DNA from: Octopus sinensis
Lineage: Eukaryota
Assembly: GCF_006345805.1 (NCBI RefSeq)
Contig: NC_043008.1
Span: forward strand, 46,314,001 to 46,378,000
Reading direction: 5' to 3'
Length of the DNA stretch: 64,000 bases
Both the position numbers and the translations under genes were made by a program. The notes below the pieces were generated by a model. That model saw only the letters and a list, made by a program, of their open reading frames with translations, was not told where the DNA came from and searched no databases. Shown here in pieces: positions 40,609 to 52,929 of this stretch. How positions within the stretch are numbered: the first letter of the stretch is position 1; the number at the start of each line of letters is the position of its first letter.

Positions 40609-40851
40609 TAAGGGCATTACTATACATACATGCCTCACTCTAGGAGGGACTCTTAAAGTCATAATTATTAGCAAAATAAATAAACACATTGTACCGAACA
40701 CGAGGGAATGCAACTGAATTCTGGTTTTAAAATACTCGCTTCGAGACTTGCATTCCCTTGCGTTCGGTACAATGTATTTATTTATTATGGTAGTATTGAA
40801 TTTTAAGAGTCATTCATAGCGTGAGAAATTTATATATAGTAATGCCCTTAA
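40608..40851. mobile_element. Palindromic MITE flanked by TTAA (Kolobok-type RR...YY termini)
   Basis: TTAA|GGGCATTACTATA ... TATAGTAATGCCC|TTAA, with internal inverted arms (cattgtaccgaac..gggaatgcaa / ttgcattccc..gttcggtacaatg). Confidence 0.75.
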
Positions 40852-40999
40852 TATAAATAAAAACATATTTAAGAGAAATTTTTTATAGTTTTTTCCCTTA
40901 TGATGTTTTTCACGCTAACTACTTGATAAAATCTTATAAAAATTTCATCCTATTTTTCAATTGTATATATATATTATATATATATATACATATACATAC

Positions 41000-41070
<71 letters not shown>

Positions 41071-41975
41071 AACAATTTAACAAATAAAACATATGCATAC
41101 ATACATATATGTACATACCTACATCTATATGTATATATACATGCATATATATGGATATATATACATATATATATATATATAATATATATATATATATAAT
41201 ATATATATATATATGTATGAGTACAGGACACCACAAATAAACGTAGAACACAACGAGAAACGAAAACATATAAACAAACAAGGAAACGAACTTTTAACAA
41301 CGAAAAAACAGAGTACAAGACAAACAATACAAGAAATATTCCCCTTCATCAGCTGCCCCTGGTTCGACTCAATGCGTGTTTTGAAGGTAAGGGTATAACA
41401 TGATCCGGCCGAAGCAGCCCTTCCTGCAAAATGAATTAACTAAAATTCTTTTGCAGAGGGGTAAAAAAAAAAGTGACAAGAACAGGACGTAAAAGCAATA
41501 CAAATAAATAAAAATACAGTACACATAACGAATAAAAACAGGACAAGGAAACCAACAGTAAGGGCTTTTTTAAGCCTAGACGGTAGAAAAATTCGTTGGA
41601 AAGCAGTTCAGGAGATCGACTTGTTGGAGACAAGAAGAAAGTCGATGTTGACTTGTTGAAAGCAGCAAGCAGAAAGGAAGTTTAGTAGTCCGGTCAGCGG
41701 CCAGAGAGAGGAGTAGTGAGAGAGAGAGAGAGAGAGAGAGGAAAAGAAACCAGAAAGGGTGAAAAATAAGAAGGAGATAGACAGGCAGAGAGGAAGACAG
41801 ACAGGAAGGAAAGAAAAGTCAAGTAAAAAGTTGATAGTGCGCGTCATAATTATTATAATAAAAACTTGGCGAAATAAGAAAGTGACGTGAGGCGTTCAAT
41901 CATATAATAACAATTTAACAAATAAAACATGCATACATACATATATGTACATACCTAGATCTATATGTATATACA

Positions 41976-42023
<48 letters not shown>

Positions 42024-42283
42024 ATATATATGAGTACAGGACATCACAAATAAACGTAGAACACAACGAGAAACGAAAACATATAAACAAACAAGGAGAC
42101 GGCCTTTTTTTAACACCGAAAAAACAGAGTACAAAACAAACAATACAAGGAATATTCCCCCTCATCAGCTGCTCCTGGTTCGACTCAATGCGTGTTTCGA
42201 AGGTAAGGGCAGAACACGATCCGGCCGAAGCAGTCCCTCCTGCAAAATGAATTAAATAAAATTCTTTTGCAGAGGGGTAAAAA
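41071..42283 (-). mobile_element. LTR/pLTR-like element: diverged direct repeats 41071-41466 and 41909-42283 around a ~440-bp non-coding core
   Basis: The two segments are colinear (aacaatttaacaaataaaac ... gagtacaggac ... tcatcagctgc ... gcagagggg). No ORF with recognisable homology. Confidence 0.85.
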
Positions 42284-42442
42284 GAAAATTCGCAATAATT
42301 TGTAGACATTGACTGGCATCATATGCGGAAACTGGCGTAAGATTTGTTATGTCATAAATGTTTTGTCATGGCCGTATTAATAATAAGCTATAAATGTGGT
42401 CCAATTGATGTAGTTGGTGATCTCAGGTTGTCTCCATTTTCT

Positions 42443-42512
<70 letters not shown>

Positions 42513-42799
42513 TTCGGTTATGATAATATTAGTGGGATGCTATTACAGCTTCTATTTTATTATGCTGGCTTCCGTCTAATGATATTGAGTAGTATGTCAG
42601 TCTCTCAGGGTTTCATCCGGGTTATACCGATATGATTCAAGATGAATATATTACTAACAGTAATTCTAGGATGGAATTTATAAATATTTGATACATGTCT
42701 ACGCGCATTTCCACAAATCACATGATTTTAACATCAGAGTCGGTATCCTTGGGATTATTACACTATAGTCTGTATTATCCGTGGGCATCTGGTTGATCA

Positions 42800-42895
42800 T
42801 CAGAAGACACTTGCCCAAAGGGCCACGCAGTGAGACTGAACCCGGAACTATGTGGTAGCAGCAAGCTACTTACCACACAGCCACGTCTGCGCCTA
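42800..42895 (-). mobile_element. tRNA-derived SINE head
   Basis: Minus strand taggcgcagacgtggctgtgtggtaagtagcttg...ccgggttcagtctcactgcgtgg...gggcaagtgtcttc. Confidence 0.75.
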
Positions 42896-43585
42896 TAATG
42901 TATAGTAATTCTTTATTTTTAGTGCGGAAAGATAACTTATAACCAAAACCCAACAACTGGATATAAATAATATGACTGAACATCATAAAATACAAACATT
43001 TCTCATGGGAGAAATTTTGTCTTAATATAAAATACGTTTTTCAAAATCTAAATCTAGGGAAGACATGATGCAATTACTATGTTGTTAACACAAAATACTT
43101 CTTATAAATTCTTTTAATGTTTATGATTTATCTACAATCTTTATGCAGCGTTATTTGCAGTTAGCATGGAATGTCGTTAATAGATTTTCGTCCATGTTTT
43201 ATGCTTCAAACTATCTTCCACTCTTTTAAATATGTTTCACATATATTGACCTAAATGTAATGAAGAAATTTCCAGAGATGTTTACCAAGATTTATTGTAA
43301 GAAATAACGAAAAGAGATAAACATGCTGAATGAAAATTCAATAATGGAATATACTTGTTTATGATTCTCCGTGTTGCATTATTGGCCATAAATCTTTCTA
43401 TGCATGGAGGTCAGTTAAATTTTAGAGTGTAGCAGGTGTATGCAGGATTAGATAATGGCACAAGTCGATAAACAAATTCACAAGGAAATCATAAGAATTG
43501 GTGGTACAAGTATTAGGAAATAATCAACATATGCATAGCGAACGTACCTACATTGAATATATTTTAGATCATATAGGTTATTGTA

Positions 43586-43616
<31 letters not shown>

Positions 43617-45049
43617 TGGTGACGATAAGTTTAGTTGTCGCCTAACGACGTGTATACAAAAATACAAACTTATCGTAATTGTTGGGTGAGGCCATATTCA
43701 ACGAATACCCGCATCGAAGAGAAAAATATATGGCATTAATCCAACGAAATAATATTTACGAGAAACGAACTTTGCTGAAAAGCTAAAGGAAGTTGTTTAA
43801 TTATTTCGAAGATAATTTCAGTATTTTTCTTACTTTCTAGAAAATTCACAATATTATCTTTTTGGACATAACGCCAGCTAGATTCCAGTTGAAGAGTGAA
43901 GACATGATAATGGTCAGTTTCAAATTCAGTCAATGCTGACACTTTGGTAGCTAACAACGGCTACTTTTGTTACTGTTGTAAAACATTTTATGTATGAAGC
44001 GAGCACATTTGTCAGTGTGCTACCAGTGCTCGGCGTGAAAGGAGCACAGAATAAAGCACAAATTGATTTTAAAACTTAAATTAACTTAAATTGACAAACA
44101 CATTTCTGTTGAATTTCTCTCATCTTCTCCTTGTATATATATATACAAATACACACACATTTATAACAAGTACACACATACATGTATAGACACACACATA
44201 TACGGATATATGAATACACTCACATACATATACATAGGGATGTGCGTATGACACCTACATGCATATATGAGAGTAAAGATATGGATGTGGCGAAAATAGT
44301 GTAGTTTCATCGAACTAGGAACTTTTACAATCTATTAAAGTAACAGTGCTCAATGTATTCTGAGCTTTTTTCTGATTTAATAGCAAATGTGTATAGCATA
44401 TGCCGTCGGGCTTTGTGCAAAGATTTCAAAACCGCTTTGATCACAGATTTGGAGATTTCAATTTGAACGAGATTTTTGCAAGTTGAATGAGCCATAATAA
44501 ATAACTCGTATAACCACTCACACAGATATATATGGGTGACTATATGGAAAAATTTGTTTTACTGCTACTCAAGTAGGAATATTAAGAGAATTGGATTTTA
44601 TGGGTCTTTGTAAGGATTCTAAAATTTAATCTTATTAAAATACCATACCGGTTTCCTCATCATTGCCGACTGGCGAATGAAAAATCAAAAACAACTTAAA
44701 TGTTTAAAGGAAAGAGATTTGAAAGGACAAATTTCATGACAATAAAACTTGCTAAAAATTCAAATGAAATCTTTAATAGATTTCATAACAAAATTACATA
44801 ATTAAATTTTAAGTATTCAATACATTCACAGCAATAGGAAACGATGAAGTTCAAATATTCGATAAATTCGATAGCAATAATACATGTTAGACAACTAAAA
44901 CTTCTTTAGCTCTCAAAACAATAAATTCTGTTCGTAATTACAAATAGTGAAGTGTTTAAAGAATAAGAAAAAGAATGTTTTCTAGAAGTTCTGCTGTGGT
45001 GTGGTATGAAGGAAAAGATTTTGTTGTTTGGTTTACTTCTGAAATTTGA

Positions 45050-45473
45050 TATGGCTATGTGGTAAGAAGCTTACTTCCCAACCATATGCGGACAGGTTCT
45101 GTCCCACAGCGTGGTATCTTGGGCAAGTGTCTTCTATAGTCTTGGGACGACCAAAGCCTTGTAAGTTGATTTGGTAGATGTAAACTGAAAGAATCCTGTT
45201 GTACGAGGTTTATGCAGCTGATGATGACAAATCAAATATACGTTGGCAAACGTACTTTGGAGAGTCTTAAACCGGTCCTTTTTTATCCGTTTCTAGGTTT
45301 TTCATTTTTCAGATGTTCTTCCTAGAGGTAAGACAATTTTTTTCATGTTTGTTGCACACACGCATCTTTACTAGTAGATACGCAGTGATGCTATACATTA
45401 GCGTCGTATTTATTACGTTCGCTATTTTCCAGTAAATATCGGTGGTTCGTTGTGCCATTTATTTACTTATATA

Positions 45474-45534
<61 letters not shown>

Positions 45535-45650
45535 GTGTGTGTGTGTGTGTGGTGTGTGTGTGTGTGTGTATGTGTGTGTTTACGTCCCCGTAACTTAGCG
45601 GTTCAGCAATCGGGCCCAACTGGATAAGTACCAGCCTTACAAAGAATAAG
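45050..45650 (+). mobile_element. tRNA-derived SINE interrupted by a ~270-bp insert and a microsatellite
   Basis: Head tggctatgtggtaagaagc...gggcaagtgtcttc...gaccaaagccttg (45050-45203); core tttacgtccccgtaacttagcggttc resumes near 45578. Confidence 0.75.
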
Positions 45651-45784
45651 TTTCAATTGATATATATATATATATATACATGGTGAGCTATGATGTAAGT
45701 ATGTATGTATATATTTATGTATAACGTTTTTCTGCTGAGTTTCCGTTTACCATATTCATCCACAAGATAGACGCTCCGTTGCTA

Positions 45785-45875
45785 TAGTTGAAGACACTTG
45801 CCGAAGATTCCACGCAGTGGAACTTGAAACCGGAACAACGTGATAGGAAAATGATCTTCTAAACCCCACAGCCAG
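45785..45875 (-). mobile_element. Degraded SINE head
   Basis: gaagacacttgcc...ccacgcagtgg...ccccacagcca, same family as 42800-42895. Confidence 0.6.
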
Positions 45876-46734
45876 GTGTGTCGCTGCAATCTATTTGTTA
45901 TGCATAGCTTTGTACAGACACCTGACAAAACGTTTCGTATTTCTTTCCTGTTGGAAGTGTGAGATGTCGGTTTGAACTTTAGCCGCTGGGAGGTAACTTG
46001 GGTAAGAGTTAGGGTTAAAAGGATTCGGTGTGCTATATTGATTACATTTATAATCTTACTGTTGATATGTACCCCTGAATGTCATGAATTCTGTCCACTT
46101 TCTAAAAATGTCACTAAGCTTCTTTGTTGGAAACAAATATCTGTAATGTTTACATATGTTTTTTCTCTTTCGTTCTGTAAAAATGTACTTCTGTATGTCG
46201 CTGGTTGTCGTTGACTCTGTCTGGAATTGTTATTAACTTGTAAAGATTCGGAGTAAGATCGCATCTGGAACAAAAAGAGGTTATTGCTTTTTTTTCCGAA
46301 GTAGTCACGCATTTGTCTGAATGTTAAATGGTTTATATTTCTTTCTCACTATACCAAAGTCGGAGTAGTACAAGAGCAGCGAAGAGAAGCAAAACTCAAA
46401 TCCTTACATAATTACTCATTTCTCTACCTTTATTTTCTCTCTCTCTCTACATGGGTACCCGCATGAAAGGAATCGTGACAGACACATTTATCTCCAGCAT
46501 TGGACTGGTGCATTACTTCACCTACCACCTTTAGAGGAAAAGAAGGGTGGAGAGAAAATGCTTGTAACCTGATCAACATGGAAAAATAAGGAAGGCTGTG
46601 GCGAGTTTCTTGTGAAAGAATAAACCCACATAGTGCATCCATAAGATTACACTAAAGTTTCCAGTGGTGGCACGGAGTTTGCGGCGTCGAAGCTAAACTT
46701 CACCCCCATCATTGATTCTGAAATACGAAAACAA

Positions 46735-47015
46735 CATGAAATGCGAAATACGAAAACATGGAATACAAACCTTTTTTGCGAACAACGAAAGAGTCAAATA
46801 GAAAACAAGACAGGCAACATAAAAAACGAGATACATTTTCGATTAAACAGTTGCTCCCGCAGAACATATTGAAAAAAAAATTGGGATTTTGCGGAGGGGC
46901 AGAGTTGGTAACAAAAACAGGACTTTGAAACAAACAGGAAGGGCTGTTAAGCCTGAACGAGGCGAGTTGGTGAACGTGGAGGAACAACTCTGACAGGAAA
47001 CATACAAGAATGTGT
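46735..47015 (-). mobile_element. Diverged fragment of the 41071-42283 family
   Basis: Shares agggct..ttaagcct.acg, gcggagggg and acgaaaaca motifs in the same order; the ribozyme-like part is missing. Confidence 0.5.
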
Positions 47016-48964
47016 CTTATTTCGGGGAAGAATTACCTAAAAATTACACGCTCATGAAACGGATTTTAAATTAATCTTCTAATGGAAACGTACCAATATT
47101 AATGTCAAAGAATTACGTAAGATCGAGTATAGATACGCAGTGGATTGGCTAAGATGAAACAGGTGACACTGATTACATTCTAGCTATTCTGTTCTCTGAT
47201 TCTGTAAAAGAGAAATTATTAAGTTTTTAACATGTTCGTTGCGGATTTTAATGAAATATATACCCAACGAAAATACAATATTGTACTATATATTTATTAA
47301 ATTAAAAGCGAGATTAAATTGTCGAAATTCGCATCGACAAAATTCGAAAGTATCGTTGTAGGCAAAAGGGAAAAATGAAAGATATTTATTTCTAAATGCG
47401 AAAAATACATGAGAGGCACGAGCGTAGTAAACTGTACACATATACACGAGCGCACTGACGCACACAGAACCGTCTTTGTGTCCTCAGTGTGTGAGTAGGT
47501 ATGGAGCTCACCTCCAACACGTCACATATTGTTTTCTGCACTTTTCAGTACTAAATTAGTGTATTTGTTTTTGCTGCTGTTGTATGGCAAGTTCTGCCTG
47601 AGAGAGACCATGCGACATTCAAAGGTTGTCTGCACCCACCTCGACCCTCTCTCTTTCTCTTTCCTTTATCTCTTTCTATCTTTCGATATCACTATTTTTG
47701 TGGAAGTTTCCAGTTGATGTGGGTCTTTGAGATTTTAATGTCTCTGGAGTCGGTTTCTTCTACAGACAAGTCACGTATACTTTATGTTTGTGTATGCTTG
47801 TGTGTATGTATGCGTGTGTGTGTAAGTGAGCTGTGTGTATATGTATATATGTATGTGTGTGTGTGTGTGTAATGTTAATAAATCACAGAAAAGGACAATT
47901 GGTGTATTAGACTTTATGAAATACACATACACACACAAGCATACACTCACGCATATGTATTCACTATATCAGTGGCGGAAGCAATATTAGTTGCATTATG
48001 TCGTACTTAAAGCAGATATGGCGTTGAAAACCTCGACATTTATCTCGACTGATAACTTCTGTTGTAAATGTATGCTGGTAAAAAAAACCACAAAGATCCA
48101 GTGGCAGCAGGCGAAGATCGTACAGTGGCACTGATGACTATGTATTTCCTCCTTGAATTTCACCAATAAGAAATATCCATTGGCGCCGCCTGCTGAGCAG
48201 AATCCGCCCTTAACTAATATAGTCAAACTGTGACTGAAAACTCACTGATATTACATGAAGCCATCAATTGGAATGAAAATTTATTATTTGCGACAGAAAT
48301 ACTTCTTTCCAAGTAGTAATCTGTATATCATATTTAAAGCAGGAATGTATGTGTATGTAGTAGATCCCACACATAGATAGACAACATGCACATAGAAGCA
48401 CGCGCTTTTACACACGCACATAAAGATTCAAAATGACGAAGGACTCCTCAGCCACTCGCAAAACATCATCTTCTCCAAACGCAAAGAAACGAATTCATCT
48501 CCAAATTTTTATTTTCATGTAACTCACACATAAATCAAGAATTTATTATAAAATATTATTCGTGTTGAATCTCTGAAGATGACGACAGCACTAAATTAAT
48601 AATCTTGATACAAATATTGATTACTTCAGTTTCCATTACATTAAGCGCATGCGCACACACATACACACAAACATGATTATTATTATTATATCATATATTT
48701 GCCGACTCCGCTTCAGGGAATACTCTTAAATTGTTGAGTCTCTAGCTTATGTCTTGTATTCAGACATTCTTTGTATAGCTTCCTTGTGTTTGTTCGATTT
48801 CTACCATTAATTTTAACCCCATGTGGTAGCCACAGTTGGGAGCAAGGGTCAAAAGAGCCAAGTAATTTTATTCTCACGTGGAACATTATCGTTTTTCCCC
48901 ACTTTGTTTTTGTTTACAATCGTCAGCATTTCCTTTTCAAAATTATTCATTACCCACATCGTTG

Positions 48965-49420
48965 ACTGAGCTACTCACGGACTGTGGCTCTGGGATTGCA
49001 ATCCTTCTTGGTCCAGTGTATTTGGTCTTCATTGCATTTAGTTTCATCTGCCGATAATGATAGACTTTGCCGTTTTCAATATTAATCTGCGTTTTATATT
49101 TCTCAATCTAATCGTATATGACATCCCATTCAGCTTGCATGAGTATGGCATCTCCAAGGTTCGCTGACGCCTGTGAACTTTGTGTAGCTTGAAGGGTAGC
49201 AGGCTGCCTGGGTGTGAGCGTATTTGAGAAGTTCATTATGAGCGATAGTGGCTCCAACACAGTGTTTCGAGACACTATACGTAATTGTGTTTCCTTGGAG
49301 GTGGCCCCACTGACTGCTACCGCTTGCTCTCTACTTTGTAGAAATCAATACAGTCGCTCTCCTAATTTTCTGACTATGCCTAGACCTCGCATTTTTCGCA
49401 TTTTGTCGGAAGATATTGCC
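48965..49420 (-). mobile_element. Degraded CR1 RT fragment, family of 36940-39095
   Basis: Reverse complement aligns to 37965-38340 (ggggccacctcc, cacaaagttcacaggc, tacactggacc..ggattgcaatcc). Confidence 0.8.
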
Positions 49421-49453
49421 GACTTCCTCAGTGGTTACATGTCTGTGACTCTG

Positions 49454-49575
<122 letters not shown>

Positions 49576-50359
49576 GAGATATTTTTGGCCTGGAATACAA
49601 TTCGGATACTGTAAGGTGTCAAACTAAAGCGGTTTTTTTAAAAAAGCAATCTAATCATTTTGAGACCCTACTTTCACAGAAGTATCAGCGTTACAGTAAA
49701 TTTTCAAAGATTGAGCGATTTAAAGAAATGGGGGAGTATACGTATCGAAGCAACTATGAAGATTAATGTAAGAAGGAGAGTCAGGGACAAAGAGGGGTCA
49801 TAGAAACATGTTCATAAACAAATGTAACTGAAGACAAAACTTAGACAATGATATACAAGCATGAGACGATGGTGTGTAAATGTTTAAGTGATACAGACAC
49901 AGAGACAAGACATAGTGTAAGAAAGTAAGCGAATCTGTTAGTGCAGGAATTTGATTGTAAAGATGCGATTTAATAAACTACATAATAAAGTATACTCGTA
50001 GAAAATTATGTCAAATAATGGCGAGAAATTTAGTGAGATATAATGGATGATATAATAGAAGATTGATAAAAGAGAACTGGATAAGTTAAAAGATGTAATT
50101 TGATACAAGTTAGTGAATTGTTGATGTGCGGTAAATATGAGAAACCAAATAATAAATAACACGAATAGAAAATAAATGGATAATATTATTTTTTATGATT
50201 AATAGTATTAACGATATACATTGGAGAAAACTGAAAGTAACGATTAGGAAATTATTTAAAGTGCTAATGGTATTAACGGTGTATATTAACAGCAAACATG
50301 ATTACATATACACAAACGTGCACACACGTATAAACCCATACAAGCACATATATGGGCCC

Positions 50360-50391
<32 letters not shown>

Positions 50392-50479
50392 GAATGATAT
50401 ATAACCTTCATCCCATTCACATCTTAAATACTTTCTGAACAGTGTAATTGATCCCAAAAATTGTGTTAGGGAATCTATT

Positions 50480-51900
50480 CTTCGTCAAGACGCGTCAAAA
50501 AGCATTACGCAGAGGAAATTCTGAAAAGATGGGCGGAATATTTTAAATCATTATTACTCCAGGAATCCACTACCGATTTGAAAGCAACAAATGAAATCCT
50601 TCAGAAGCATATAATTGGGGAACTTTCAGAAGATATTTCACTGGAAAAAATAAGTACTGCTATGAAAAAAAAATGAAACAATTCAGTCGTAAAGCTCCTG
50701 GACACGATGGTATTCCCCAAAAGTGTAGAATCATGGTAGTAGGGCTGTTTGAATAAAAGCAGGGCGAATTATTCTGATTGAAGATCCTGCGTCCGTTTTC
50801 CACAAAGGTCAAAGATGTATCAATATCGCATTTGTGCAAAAATAAAGGGAAAACGAGTGCAGCTGATAATCGAAGGGAATAACTTTATTGTGCATTGCTG
50901 GCAAAATTCCTGCAAAGGTGATTCTTAACTGCATTAATATGCATGTAGTAAACAGACTATATCTTGAATCTTAATGTGGATTTTAGGCTGAGCGAGACAC
51001 AAGTCAAGAAAATCATTGACTTGTACATAGTCTTTCTCATTTTGACCAAGGCCTTTGTTACTGTGAATCGTGAGGTGCTCTGGAAAATTCTTGTCAAACG
51101 ATGGTCATCCTGATAATAGTAACTCTGCACGAAGGACTAATCTGTGACATTTTCTGTTGCTACAAGAATTAAACAGGGCTGTGTTATACTGCTCTACTGC
51201 TCTTCCATATTTCCGCTGATGCTCCAATTTGCTTTAATCGATTACTGTGAAGGTGTAAAATTTCAGTTTCGCACAAAAGGATGTCTCCTAAACCTAAACG
51301 GTTAAAGTTTGAGATCAAAGGAAAAGACCAAGGCAGAGACTCTACGTGGTTTCCTGTCTGCTAATGATTGTATTTTGAATTCTCATACGTTTGAGGAAAT
51401 TGATCAACCAGTCATTGTTTGCTACGGCAGCTCTTGTATTTGGATAAACCATCAACATCAACACGACTGAAGTATTATTCAGGAGACAGGATATACTCAA
51501 GATCCAAATGTGATGATTGACAATAAGCCACTGCAATGGGTCAGGTCCTTAAAATATGCTAGAAGTACAGTAAACTTCAAGACTAAAGCTACAAGTGCTT
51601 TAGGAAAATATTCCACTGTTTGTGGGGTGAATTCGGTGTCTAAAAATAAAATAGGTATCGAAATCTTGTATTTTGAGCACGCTTTTGTATGGTGGAGAGA
51701 CACAGATTACCAATTACAGACATAGAAAAGAACTAGAAACATTTCACATGTACTGTAAGTGTAGTAGCTGCAACATAAAAATGGCAAGGTAAGATACCAA
51801 AAGCATGCTACTGAGAATCGAGTGTAGGACGATAGGACATGTTCTTCAAATGGAAGATGATCACATTCCAAAATTTATTTTGTGTGACCAACAAGTAGAG
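50480..51900 (+). mobile_element. Heavily degraded RTE-clade LINE
   Basis: Fragments RWAEYF..LL, KAPGHDGIP, IAGKI.AKVILN, DLTKAF.TVNRE.LW, GIKQGCV, and the C-terminal GHV.QMEDD.IPK. Confidence 0.75.
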
Positions 51901-52189
51901 TGTTATTACAGTGAAAGAAGACTTTTCCTTTAAAATCTCGACAGCTTTGACATTTGAATTTTATAAATGCTTATCAATATAGTTTTTTATTATAGGGAGA
52001 GCACTCCTGTGAAACGATCTCTCAAAACTTAATTCAAAACTTTTAAACTGTAATATACATTATATATTTATACTTAAACATTTTTACATATATTTACATA
52101 TATTTATATTTTTAATACAACAATTATTTTACATACGTTTATATCTTTCTGAAGAGTTTTCTAATGCAGATTTCCTCATATTAATACTA

Positions 52190-52236
<47 letters not shown>

Positions 52237-52241
52237 TATAT

Positions 52242-52330
<89 letters not shown>

Positions 52331-52333
52331 TAG

Positions 52334-52375
<42 letters not shown>

Positions 52376-52381
<6 letters not shown>

Positions 52382-52507
52382 TATATAGAAGGAGCTTCTA
52401 CAGGACTAGAACTGTTTCATTCAAGAGAAATCTTCAGGAAGCTTCCTGAAGATTTCTCTTGAATGAAACAGTTCTAGTCCTGTAGAAGCTCCTTCTATAT
52501 AATAAAT
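52376..52507. repeat. Perfect spacer-less 132-bp palindrome (66-bp arms, centre AAG|CTT at 52441/52442)
   Basis: Base-by-base complementarity from 52376 to 52507. Confidence 0.97.
52440..52490 (+). ncRNA. Type I hammerhead ribozyme; identical mirror copy on the minus strand at 52393-52443
   Basis: AGCUUC-CUGAAGA-UUUC(UCUU)GAAU-GAAACAG-UUCUAGUC-CUGUA-GAAGCU. 6-bp stem I, full core, 3-bp stem II closed by a U-U mismatch, 4-bp stem III, cleavage after GUA at 52484. Confidence 0.7.
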
Positions 52508-52582
52508 TAATTTTACTCTGCTATGTATTGAGTACCTTATTTACTGTGGTTAACCCCGAATCAACCCGGGACCTACATATAT

Positions 52583-52646
<64 letters not shown>

Positions 52647-52740
52647 TAGATAGATAGATAGATATAGATATATACATATATATATATATATGTATGTATC
52701 TATATATGTGTATATATATATGTATATATATATATAGATG

Positions 52741-52786
<46 letters not shown>

Positions 52787-52929
52787 GTATATATATGTAT
52801 ATATATGTGTGTATATATACGTTTTTATGTATGTATTTATATATATATGTATGTATCTATATATGTGTTTATGTATGTATATCTATATATGTGTATATAT
52901 ATATGTACATCCATATATGTGTATATGTA

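Noticed and set aside
45214-45258. CTGATGA...GGCAAAC-GTA inside the SINE insert
   Set aside because: Broken G12-A13-A14 segment and only 2 bp of stem I.
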